Assembly (NCBI GenBank): GCA_963555755.3
Contig: OY820905.2
Coordinates: 864,001 to 928,000, forward strand
Length of the DNA stretch: 64,000 nucleotides
DNA from: Nitrospirales bacterium
Lineage (GTDB): Bacteria > Nitrospirota > Nitrospiria > Nitrospirales > UBA8639
Direction: 5' to 3'
The notes beneath the pieces are model-generated. The model was not told the origin of the DNA, searched no databases, and saw nothing but the letters and a program-made list of their open reading frames with translations. The translations under genes and the position numbers were made by a program. Positions 51,712-60,833 of this stretch are shown here, piece by piece. Every line of letters starts with the position of its first letter. Position 1 is the stretch's first letter.

Positions 51712-52779
51712 CACGAATACCTCCATACTTAATAAGGAAAAGAAAAAGCCCGTGACCTCTAACTGCGCAGGAAAGCTTTTCCATCATCAGAAAACGGGAA
51801 AACCCGTTTTTGCATGGACATCCATTCCTCCCATTGGTCTTGCCATCGGTTTCCGATGATTGAAAAGTCACAACAAGACGACTCTTCCCTCCTTATTGTT
51901 GTTGAGTAAAAAATGTGAGCACTATTGCTCTAAACACTCATACAGCAATATTCATGCTAGTCCTGTAGCTGAGGACTTTTCCATCATCCATTTTCACCTA
52001 TTGCATTGATTGAAAAGACTATTTCACCATGAGCTACAAACACTTTTCCCAGAGTTATAGTTGAGATTCATTTCAGTTTTGTAAAATTCTCTGACGTTTT
52101 TCATTACACATTCACCCCACAGTCAAGACTTGTACGTACGCATACACGTTCTTACAGATGGCCGGAAAGTGGAAAATCACAAATCCTGTCCTCCATGGAG
52201 GATTGCTGAAACATCGAAGCCAAAACTCGTCCAGGCAGGGATTTGATCTATGGCAAAGTTTTCTAATCGATTGATTCTATGAATGAATTCGTATTTCTAA
52301 CACGAAAACAGGAAAGGTAAACACACCAAGCGATCGAATCCAAAGAACCATAAGTTTTGGAAGTGAAGGAGTGGAAATGGCGAAAAAAATCTATCTCATT
52401 TTGGAACAAAAATCTGCTCAAATCGATTTTGTAAAATTATCCAACACAAATCCAGCTAAATATGCATACTTGCCACTAACTGTCGAAAACAAAAAGGGAA
52501 ACCAACCAATACATAATGGGAAAAATTTCTGACACCAACGAACGGGAATGGGAAAAAGGGGATAATCGGATGGCCATCTACACAACAACCCCCTCAAACG
52601 AGGGGGAAAACGATAGGGAGGAACGAGGAAAAGAGGCGAGTCGATCTACTCGTGAACATCCACAGTCAGTTTGGCCAGAAACACCATGGAAGGATCGCGG
52701 CGTCGCCGAACCTCACGAAGCAGCGTCTCAAGTTGAGGAGTAATCGTGCCCTCAAAGCTGATGGCCCAATTGGGGCCCA

Positions 52780-52939
52780 CCGTGATATTCTGGCTTAACC
52801 ACACCGGCATGATTTGGTCCTTGGCGCCATGGATGACATATAAGGGCATCTGCCGAAGGTTACGTAAGAAGGGAAACAACCCATCATCGATGCCACTCGC
52901 CATCGGCGCCACTGCCGCGAAACGCGGGGCATGGTGCAA
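52780..52939 (-). pseudogene. fragment of an alpha/beta-hydrolase (esterase/peptidase) gene
   Basis: RFAAVAPMASG...LRQMPLYVIHGAKDQIMPV with no recognisable N- or C-terminus. Confidence 0.6.
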
Positions 52940-53001
52940 TAAAAAAATCCGTAGCCACCTCGGTGGTGATGAGGAAATTTTTATTGCGCCAGGTGCGCCA
53001 G

Positions 53002-53338
53002 GGAGCCTGTCCGAGATTAGGGATCGTTGCGAGGGGGTGCTGGTTTGAGTCAGATGTTTCGATCGTTTGAGACGAATAGTGGTGCCTATTTAACGAAAAC
53101 GGGAAATGTTCAAAAAGGCCATCCAGCAAGGCCGCAGGGGTTTTGGCGCGCGGAGCGTACACGGAGTACGTGAGCACGCCAAAAGCCCGAGAACGCAGTT
53201 GGGGGCCTTTTTCAACATTCCCCGAAAAGGATCGGAAGATCTGGCCACCTCCAGCGCACCTGCAGTAGATCCGTCTAATCTTGGACAGGCTCCTTGAGCT
53301 TGCGCGGACTTTTGTGATCCAACTACCGTTTCTAGGTT
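53002..53338 (+). repeat. family B element (53002-53293) with nested A (53100-53224), followed by a family D end (53296-53338)
   Basis: GGAGCCTGTCCGAGATTAG...CTAATCTTGGACAGGCTCC; GAGCTTGCGCGG...TTTCTAGGTT. Confidence 0.9.
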
Positions 53339-53346
53339 AAAAGACC

Positions 53347-55224
53347 ATGCACTTGCCCCTCTTCATACTGACCCTTGCCGCATTGGCGCTGTTCCCGAGT
53401 TACACCAACGCCACGCCCAACAATCAAGCCATTGGAATTCCCGGGGTCCGCGGCGGAGTCGTCACAACGACGGAACCTGCCGCAGCCAGAGTGGGAGCCG
53501 ACATCCTTCAACAAGGAGGAAATGCCATTGATGCCGCTGCTGCCGTGGCCTTTGCACTCAATGTAGTGGAACCGCAGTCCTCCGGCATTGGTGGTGGGGG
53601 CTTCATGATGATCTACTTTGCCCAAACGAAAGATACACTTATCGTCGATTCCCGAGAAACGGCTCCCTCCATGGCCACTCCCGACATGTTTCTCGACACA
53701 GAGGGCAAACCGTTTCCCTATCCTATTCGCTCAACAGGTGGCCTGGCCGTAGGCGTGCCGGGAATGGTTCGCGGAATCGCAATGGCACTGAACAAGTGGG
53801 GAACACTTTCGCTTGCCGAGGTCATAGCACCCGCAACCCAGATGGCTTCGGACGGGATTCGAGTCAGCAAACGACTCGCTGAGGACATTTACCTTGGAAT
53901 CAAAGATGGACGCCTCGCGAATGAACCCGGCAACTCATCGTATCAAGTAGCCCGCAAGGTTTTTGCACCAAATGGAGTTCCACTCAAGCAGGGCAAATTG
54001 CTCGTCCAGCCGGATTTGGCCAAAACATTTCGACTCATCGCCACGCAAGGTCCCAATGCGTTGTATACCGGAAAGATTGCCGAAGCCATTGTCGCCACAC
54101 AACGGCATGCTCGAACAACCACAAACCCGTCTGATCAGAAACAACTACAAGGCCGCATGGCGGCACACGACCTGGCCAACTATCAGCCAGTGATCCGCCA
54201 ACCAGTTGAAGCCACGTATCGAGGGTACCGGATTCTCTCAATGCCCCCACCCTCTTCAGGAGGACTCACTGTCCTGCACATTCTCAAACTCCTTGAACGA
54301 TTTCCCATAGGAGATCGCACTCAGGGCTATGGCTTCGGATCAACTCGAACGCTTCATGTCATGATTGAAGCCATGCGCATAACCTTTGCGGATCGTGCAG
54401 TCTGGATGGGCGATGCGGATGTGGTGGCCATGCCGACGCAGAGCATGCTGAACCAAAACTATATTGATTCCAGATCGGCCTTGATTCATCCCGATACACG
54501 GCGAGAGTTGGTCACCGCAGGGAATCCACAACTTTTTGATACATCCTCTGAAAACCGCTCGGTACTCATTCAGGAGAGCCCCTCTTTCAATGAGGAAGGA
54601 ATTAACACCACCCACTTCACCATCATCGACCAAGCCGGCAACATCGTCACCTATACCAATACCATCGAATCCAAATGGGGCACAGGACTCATGGTCCCTG
54701 GTTTTGGTTTTCTTCTCAACAATGAGCTCACGGACTTTAACGCGGTTCCAGCGTTGAATACCGACTCCAACCATTTCAATCCCGGAGCTAATGATGTCGC
54801 ACCAGGCAAACGACCACGAAGCAGCATGGCCCCCACCATCGTCTTTCACCACAACCAGCCCATCGCCGCCTATGGCTCGCCTGGAGGTTCCACCATCATC
54901 AATTCTGTCGTGAATGTCACTCTCAACTTGATTGATCACCGGATGCCCATTCAAGAAGCCATTGACGCTCCCCGCCTCTCGCAAACCAGCGCGAATGGAA
55001 GCCTCGCCTTAGAAGCACAATTTTCTTCGAACGTGGTCATGCAATTGAAGGCCTTAGGACATCGGCTCAAAGGCGATCCGTCCCAAATGATTGGCGCCGT
55101 TCAAGCCGTCGTAATACATAAATTCAATGGGCACCAATACGGCGCCGCCGACCGACGCCGAAGAGGCAGTGTCATCTCATTACAACAAGACCAATCAGTA
55201 AACAAAATTTTACGAGGGAAGTAG
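53347..55224 (+). CDS. ggt: gamma-glutamyltransferase
   Basis: GGNAIDAA, EPQSSGIGGGGF, DSRETAP, TTH nucleophile, LNNELTDF, PGKRPRSSM, GSPGG. Confidence 0.96.
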   Translation: MHLPLFILTLAALALFPSYTNATPNNQAIGIPGVRGGVVTTTEPAAARVGADILQQGGNAIDAAAAVAFALNVVEPQSSGIGGGGFMMIYFAQTKDTLIVDSRETAPSMATPDMFLDTEGKPFPYPIRSTGGLAVGVPGMVRGIAMALNKWGTLSLAEVIAPATQMASDGIRVSKRLAEDIYLGIKDGRLANEPGNSSYQVARKVFAPNGVPLKQGKLLVQPDLAKTFRLIATQGPNALYTGKIAEAIVATQRHARTTTNPSDQKQLQGRMAAHDLANYQPVIRQPVEATYRGYRILSMPPPSSGGLTVLHILKLLERFPIGDRTQGYGFGSTRTLHVMIEAMRITFADRAVWMGDADVVAMPTQSMLNQNYIDSRSALIHPDTRRELVTAGNPQLFDTSSENRSVLIQESPSFNEEGINTTHFTIIDQAGNIVTYTNTIESKWGTGLMVPGFGFLLNNELTDFNAVPALNTDSNHFNPGANDVAPGKRPRSSMAPTIVFHHNQPIAAYGSPGGSTIINSVVNVTLNLIDHRMPIQEAIDAPRLSQTSANGSLALEAQFSSNVVMQLKALGHRLKGDPSQMIGAVQAVVIHKFNGHQYGAADRRRRGSVISLQQDQSVNKILRGK

Positions 55225-55331
55225 TTACAAAAACGTTCCTCGATTCTTTTTTTCTATCCTACTGAATGCTCCAAATGGTTGTCGTTACCCGCCAATAATG
55301 ATATCATGATAGCGAATAAGGAGGCATTCTT

Positions 55332-55580
55332 ATGGCACAACTGATTGTCCGGAACCTGGAAGAAGACGTAAAGGCTCGTTTACGGAAACGCGCGTCACGA
55401 CATGGGCGAAGTGTGGAGGAAGAAGTGCGCGATATTCTTCGCAATGCCACAAAAGGAGAGGGCAAACGCAAAGGTGGCTTTGGATCAGCAATGAACCAGC
55501 TATTCCAAGGTATTGGGCTAAAACAAGACATTCCAGAACTTAAAGGCATGTCGCCCAAACCAACTGGATTCGAAAAATGA
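55332..55580 (+). CDS. FitA-like ribbon-helix-helix antitoxin
   Basis: MAQLIVRNLEEDVKARL..RA..HGRSVEEEVRDIL. Confidence 0.9.
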   Translation: MAQLIVRNLEEDVKARLRKRASRHGRSVEEEVRDILRNATKGEGKRKGGFGSAMNQLFQGIGLKQDIPELKGMSPKPTGFEK

Positions 55581-55999
55581 TCATTCTTGACACGAATATC
55601 CTTTCTGCAGTCATGCAAGAAAAGGGAAACCGCACGATCGTAGCATGGCTAGACCGGCAAGCTTGGGAATCAATCTGGATCACGGCCATTACCGTGTTTG
55701 AAATTCGATTAGGGTTGTCGACGCTCACCAAAGGAAAACGGCGAGTAAAGCTTGAAGAGGCATTTCACCAGACCTTGGAAAATCTTCTCGAAGGAAGGAT
55801 ACTACCTTTTGATGAAGATGCAGCACTCGCGGCAGGAGAGTTAGCAGCCGAACGACGCCAACGTGGGATCACGGTAGATATGAGAGATACTCAAATTGCA
55901 GGAATCGCAACCGCAAAACGAAGCACAATCGCCACACGAAACACGAAAGATTTTAAAGAATTAACTGTGCCCGTAATCAACCCATGGGAAGAAAGCTAG
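55577..55999 (+). CDS. vapC: PIN-domain VapC/FitB toxin
   Basis: MIILDTNILS, D.QIAGIA, ATRNTKDF, INPW; ATGA overlap with the antitoxin gene. Confidence 0.92.
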   Translation: MIILDTNILSAVMQEKGNRTIVAWLDRQAWESIWITAITVFEIRLGLSTLTKGKRRVKLEEAFHQTLENLLEGRILPFDEDAALAAGELAAERRQRGITVDMRDTQIAGIATAKRSTIATRNTKDFKELTVPVINPWEES

Positions 56000-56039
56000 G
56001 AACCTGGAAACCACATTAACATCCCTCAGAGATTCCAAG

Positions 56040-56180
56040 GTAACTATTCAGGTCACTTCCCTTTTGGCTCAGGACAAGGCGCGAGGAGCGCAGAACCGGA
56101 GCGTATGTGGGAATACGTGAGGATTTGAGCACCACAGCAACGCCGTCATGAGCCAAAAGGGAAGTGACCTGAGTAGTTAC
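56040..56180 (+). repeat. family G long palindromic repeat
   Basis: GTAACTATTCAGGTCACTTCCCTTTTGGCTCA...TGAGCCAAAAGGGAAGTGACCTGAGTAGTTAC; core close to family F. Confidence 0.88.
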
Positions 56181-56196
56181 ATTCCGAGAAAGGGAT

Positions 56197-56976
56197 TTGT
56201 TCATAATTATCGCAGACACCGAGACCGTTGATCTTTCCACAGCAACTGGCCCGATGCGTAGCTATATTTTTCGACCAGCAGCTGCTGGTCGATATCCCGG
56301 TCTTGTGTTGTATTCGGAGATCTATCAGGTTACTGGACCTATTCGACGGATCGCAGCCTTCTTTGCTGGTCATGGGTTTGTGGTGCTGGTCCCTGAAATC
56401 TATCATAAGCTGGAGCCACCGGGCACAGTTCTCAACTATAATAAACCCGACACCGACCGTGGCAATCAGCACAAAATTACCAAGATGATTTCAAGCTACG
56501 ATAGTGATTCACGCGCGGCATTGGACTTTCTCAACTCGTTTCAACACTGTACAGGAAAACTTGGAGCCATGGGGATTTGCCTTGGTGGGCATTTAGCATT
56601 TCGCGCGGCGATGAATGCGGATGTGCTCGCCGGGGTATGTTTTTTCGCCACGGATATCCACACCCATAGCTTGGGGAAAGGCAAATGCGACGATACCCTG
56701 GACCGCGTAGGAGAAATTAAAGGCGAACTTCTCATGGGCTGGGGACGCCAAGATCCACATATTCCCCGTGAAGGCCGTGCGGAGATCTACAACGCCCTGA
56801 CTGACCACGAGGTACACTTCCAATGGCATGAGTTCAATAACGCTCATGCGTTTCTCCGAGATGAAGGCTATCGGTATGACCCCGCAACAACACAGATTAG
56901 CTATAGCATGACCTTGGAGTTATTGAAGCGGAAACTAAGCGAGGGAGATGTCCAGAAGGCCTTGCCTTCGGAGTAA
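56197..56976 (+). CDS. dienelactone hydrolase family protein
   Basis: SEIYQV, GICLGG nucleophile elbow, QDPH, AHAF. Confidence 0.92.
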   Translation: MFIIIADTETVDLSTATGPMRSYIFRPAAAGRYPGLVLYSEIYQVTGPIRRIAAFFAGHGFVVLVPEIYHKLEPPGTVLNYNKPDTDRGNQHKITKMISSYDSDSRAALDFLNSFQHCTGKLGAMGICLGGHLAFRAAMNADVLAGVCFFATDIHTHSLGKGKCDDTLDRVGEIKGELLMGWGRQDPHIPREGRAEIYNALTDHEVHFQWHEFNNAHAFLRDEGYRYDPATTQISYSMTLELLKRKLSEGDVQKALPSE

Positions 56977-57071
56977 TAAATGTTAGGGGGGGAAAGAAAA
57001 GAATTCCTCGGGACTTTTAACTCTCAACAAAAGGCCCTTCTTTTCTCTTGTACTTTCCAGATGGTCAACCT

Positions 57072-57401
57072 TTACGGCCAATCATTTCCGTTCTCGTATT
57101 GACTCCAATCCGTACGTTGAAACTCTAGGACAAAGACAGTGACAAACGGCTTGGCTGGTTGTTGTGGAAGCAACACTCGCAATAATTTGGTTTTCGATGG
57201 CTCACGCGTCTGGCGGATATTGTGGACAAAACCTGCATCTTTGGTGAAACAGAGGTCGTAGGCTTGGGCGATTTCCCGATAGAGCGTTCCGTTATCCAAG
57301 CCTTTCAGACGAAGACTGTTGATGGTATCCACATGATGACCAAGCTGCTGAAGAGCCGAGGCCAACGATTCGGGTAGATTCTCATCAAGCAAAATTCTCA
57401 C
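57072..57401 (-). CDS. DUF5615-like PIN-fold toxin
   Basis: MRILLDENLP, TKD.GF; overlaps the DUF433 gene stop. Confidence 0.85.
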   Translation of the reverse strand: MRILLDENLPESLASALQQLGHHVDTINSLRLKGLDNGTLYREIAQAYDLCFTKDAGFVHNIRQTREPSKTKLLRVLLPQQPAKPFVTVFVLEFQRTDWSQYENGNDWP

Positions 57402-57640
57402 GAGGCTTGTAACAGGTCAGAGTGAGCTAACTCCTCTAACGTTCCACGGATAGCTTCTTCACTCAGGCTGGGGTACTCCTTAACAATCTCCGGAATAGTC
57501 ATTCCACAGGACAAAAGCTCGAGAAGAAAGGCCACGGAGATTCGGGCATCACGAACTCTTGGAGCACCGCCAAGGTGCTCAGGGTCGGCGACGATCCATT
57601 TATCCATAGATTTATCCAAGTCACCTACCTCCTTCATCAA
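57398..57640 (-). CDS. DUF433 family antitoxin
   Basis: I.ADP..LGGAP.VR.ARISV, GMT..EI..EYP.L. Confidence 0.88.
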   Translation of the reverse strand: MMKEVGDLDKSMDKWIVADPEHLGGAPRVRDARISVAFLLELLSCGMTIPEIVKEYPSLSEEAIRGTLEELAHSDLLQAS

Positions 57641-57881
57641 TGTGATTCCTGGAAAACCACATGACTCAAACCAACAAGACTATTGTAATCCCTTCCTGAT
57701 AATCCCTCAACACAAACCGGAGAAGCCCATGCCTAGGAATAATACTATCTGGCAGTTTTCATTGGACCACGACCAGGGTTAAGCCCACCCAGAAAAAGCT
57801 GAGACTTTGACTCGACCATATGAAAGCGGCGTTGATATTTAGCGGGAATCCAATTTTTAATCGTGTCTGACCCCAATTTAT

Positions 57882-58073
57882 ATCCACAAAGCCCTAACGG
57901 ACCACGGCATACACTTTCAATGGCATGAATTCAATAACGCGCATGCGTTTCTCCGCGATGAAGGCTATCGGTATGATCCCGCAGCAACCCAGATTAGCTA
58001 TAGCATGATCTTGGAGCTGCTAAATCGTAAATTAGGCGAGGGAGACGTCCAGAACAACATGTCTTCGGAGTAA
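57882..58073 (+). pseudogene. duplicated, diverged 3' end of the dienelactone hydrolase gene
   Basis: IHKALTDHGIHFQWHEFNNAHAFLRDEGYRYDPAATQISYSMILELLNRKLGEGDVQNNMSSE* matches 56785-56976. Confidence 0.88.
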
Positions 58074-58155
58074 TAAAATTAGGGGTACGGAAAAGAAAAT
58101 TACTCTTTGGTGCTCTTGACTCTCAACAAAAGATTTGACCCCTTACCTGAGCAAA

Positions 58156-58286
58156 TAAAGATCCCCGTGGCAAGAACACGGGGTATTCAGTGGAAAATAG
58201 GGGACCCTAAATCCCCCTGCCCCCCTTTTCCAAAGGGGGAATCTCAATAGTCACCCCGTATCAAGCTATGGGGAATAGCAAGTTTA
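58156..58286 (+). repeat. family I composite repeat, copy 2
   Basis: colinear with 28608-28740. Confidence 0.8.
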
Positions 58287-58428
58287 AATAAAGGCAATAA
58301 GGAAATAACGAAACCAAAATAGATTTTCAGAAACCGTTTAAACCAGTTCTCCGTGCGGTGAGTAAACTTGGGTCAGAAATTGGGTCTTACAATGACGTAT
58401 TCTATATTTTCGGCTCTTTATTCTATAT

Positions 58429-60060
58429 TCACCCCGGCTTTTCTAACCCCATCTTTTGCATGCGGGAGACCAGAGTCGTGGGTTTAATGTGAAGTAAGGT
58501 CGCGGCACCGTCGTCGCCATAGACTTTCCAGTTGGCCTTTTCCAGGGCCGTTCGGATGTTTTCACGTTCGAAGTCGCGCATTTCATCTTCGGTCATGATT
58601 TCTGTTTGTCCTGGGTTCACGGATTTTTTTCTTTTCAATAAGGAAGGCCGTGCCGACTCTGAAGCAGTGGGCAAGCCAAATTGAAGGGTGCTGCAGCGCG
58701 AGGTGATCACGGCCCGCTCGATGACGTTTTGCAATTCGCGAATATTTCCAGGCCAGTCATATTTTTGCAGGTCGATGACATGGGCCTGAGTAAGCCTTGG
58801 TGGATTGGAACAATTCATTTTCTTGGACGTGAGTTCTAAAAAGTTGGCGGCTAGGAGTGGGATGTCTTCTTTGCGCTCTCTGAGCGGAGCAACTTCAAGG
58901 GGAAACACGTTTATTCGATAATACAGGTCCTGCCGAAACCGTCCGGCTTCGACTTCTTTTTTTAAATCGCGATTTGTTGCGGCAATGACGCGTACATCGA
59001 CTTGTCTGGTTCGTTCATCCCCTACCCGTTCATATTGATTTTCTTGCAGCACGCGCAAGAGTTTACTTTGGAGATCTAAGGGAATCTCGCCCACTTCATC
59101 CAGAAACAACGTGCCGCCATCGGCGACTTCAAACCGGCCTGCCCGATCTTTGAGCGCTCCTGTAAAGGCACCCTTCACATGTCCAAAGAATTCGCTTTCG
59201 TACAATTCCCTTGGGATCGAGGCACAGTTCACCTTCACCAGTGGTTTGTCTTTGCGAAGACTACGCTTGTGAATTTCTCGTACCACTAACTCTTTCCCCG
59301 TTCCGGATTCTCCAAGAATCAGTACACTGGCATCCGTAGGCGCCACTAACTCAATCTGCTGAAGCACCGCACGTAACGCTGGACTCTGTCCGACAATTTC
59401 CCCAAAGGCTTGGGCCTCTAGTACCTCTTCGCGCAGAAAGGTATTTTCTAATTTGAGTTGCTCTTGCAGGTGTTCAATTTCTTCAAACGCATTCGTGTTG
59501 GCAATGGCCACGGCCACATGATCGGCAATCATTCGTAACCAGGTCGGGGCATCTTCCGTCACAGGTTCACGTGTAAAGACTGCCAGGACCCCTAGAATAT
59601 GATCTTGATACATGATTGGTTGTCCGTGAAACCCGTGGATTCCTTCCTGACTTGCCCACCCTGGTCGCGCAATCCAATTCTTGTCATCTTTGATTTCATG
59701 AATGATGACGGGTTCCCCGGTTCCTCCAATGCGCCCCACCTTACAGGAGCCAATAGGAAACCGACGAAAATGCCCATTCAATCCATTCCATTCTTCGTTG
59801 GGATTTACCACTGACTGGCCGGCACTGGCCACCAAGTGCAAACAGGATGTTTGATCCGGACAATCATCCCGCATTCGACAATTCCCACACACATCTCCAG
59901 GTCGTATTAACCAAATCCGAACCAATGCCACTTCTGGCCGCGCGGCCATTCGGTTCACGATGAGTTTCAGCAACTCATCGAGCGTCCGCTGCTGCGCGAT
60001 ATCCAACACCAAGCATTTAAATGACGCGAATTCGGTGGGGCAGATCTTCTCTGTTGCCAT
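58429..60060 (-). CDS. GAF-domain sigma-54-dependent transcriptional activator
   Basis: GESGTGKE, GAFTGA, FLDEVGE, WPGNIRELQN, Fis-type HTH; GGAGG RBS before MATEK. Confidence 0.95.
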   Translation of the reverse strand: MATEKICPTEFASFKCLVLDIAQQRTLDELLKLIVNRMAARPEVALVRIWLIRPGDVCGNCRMRDDCPDQTSCLHLVASAGQSVVNPNEEWNGLNGHFRRFPIGSCKVGRIGGTGEPVIIHEIKDDKNWIARPGWASQEGIHGFHGQPIMYQDHILGVLAVFTREPVTEDAPTWLRMIADHVAVAIANTNAFEEIEHLQEQLKLENTFLREEVLEAQAFGEIVGQSPALRAVLQQIELVAPTDASVLILGESGTGKELVVREIHKRSLRKDKPLVKVNCASIPRELYESEFFGHVKGAFTGALKDRAGRFEVADGGTLFLDEVGEIPLDLQSKLLRVLQENQYERVGDERTRQVDVRVIAATNRDLKKEVEAGRFRQDLYYRINVFPLEVAPLRERKEDIPLLAANFLELTSKKMNCSNPPRLTQAHVIDLQKYDWPGNIRELQNVIERAVITSRCSTLQFGLPTASESARPSLLKRKKSVNPGQTEIMTEDEMRDFERENIRTALEKANWKVYGDDGAATLLHIKPTTLVSRMQKMGLEKPG

Positions 60061-60070
60061 GTTTTTTTCC

Positions 60071-60124
60071 TCCACGAAGTTTCGTGGATTATACCTGATC
60101 ACGTCATAACAACGGAAATTCGTT
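60071..60124. promoter_or_regulatory. putative tandem upstream activator sites
   Basis: palindromes TCCACGAAGTTTCGTGGA (60071-60088) and AACGGAAATTCGTT (60111-60124). Confidence 0.6.
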
Positions 60125-60189
60125 CTTTTCGCAATCGGCTCACACTAACAATTTATCAATTAATTCAACTGGTTGCAGATGAGTACAGC

Positions 60190-60206
60190 TTGGCACATTA
60201 ATTGAA
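60190..60206 (+). promoter_or_regulatory. sigma-54 promoter of the redox operon
   Basis: TTGGCAC-ATTAA-TTGA (consensus -24, GA variant at -12), divergent from the activator gene. Confidence 0.65.
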
Positions 60207-60258
60207 ATGAGAAGTACAAGACAGCAAAACGGTAAACCCAAAACACAAGGAGAATATC

Positions 60259-60804
60259 ATGCAACGTTTACAAGCCATCGATCCTGAAACCGCCACTGGG
60301 CCAGCCAAACAATTGTTGGATGGTGTCCAGAAGAAGCTCGGATTTACCCCCAACATTATGCGGACCATGGCCAACTCGCCAGCGGTGCTTCAGGGCTATC
60401 TCAATTTTTCGAATGCGTTGGGCAAAGGTTCGCTCTCTCCAAAATTACGAGAGCAAATTGCCTTAGTCGTGGCCCAGGACAATCAATGCGAATACTGCCT
60501 TGCAGCGCATTCGGCTATTGGACGCACCGTGGGTCTCAGCGAGGAAGCGATCCGTGATAGTCGTCGAGGAGAATCTCCAGATGGAAAGGAAGCGGCCATT
60601 CTTGAGTTTGCCAGCACATTGGTTGTGAATCGCGGGTGGGTCACGGATGAGGAGATCGCCAAACTTCACAAAGCCGGCGTGACTGAAGGCGAGACTGCCG
60701 AGATTATCGCTAACGTCGGGCTAACCCTGTTCATGAATTATTTCAACCATGTAGCCCAAACAGAAATTGACTTTCCAGTAGTCGAAAAATTAGCCGTCGT
60801 CTAA
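60259..60804 (+). CDS. carboxymuconolactone decarboxylase / AhpD-like protein
   Basis: REQIAL.VA..NQCEYCLAAH. Confidence 0.92.
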   Translation: MQRLQAIDPETATGPAKQLLDGVQKKLGFTPNIMRTMANSPAVLQGYLNFSNALGKGSLSPKLREQIALVVAQDNQCEYCLAAHSAIGRTVGLSEEAIRDSRRGESPDGKEAAILEFASTLVVNRGWVTDEEIAKLHKAGVTEGETAEIIANVGLTLFMNYFNHVAQTEIDFPVVEKLAVV

Positions 60805-60833
60805 CACTTCACACAATTATAAGGAGAACAATC

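Noticed and set aside
56785..58132. Diversity-generating retroelement TR/VR pair (duplicated gene 3' end)
   Set aside because: Differences are not adenine-specific, many are synonymous, and no reverse transcriptase is present.
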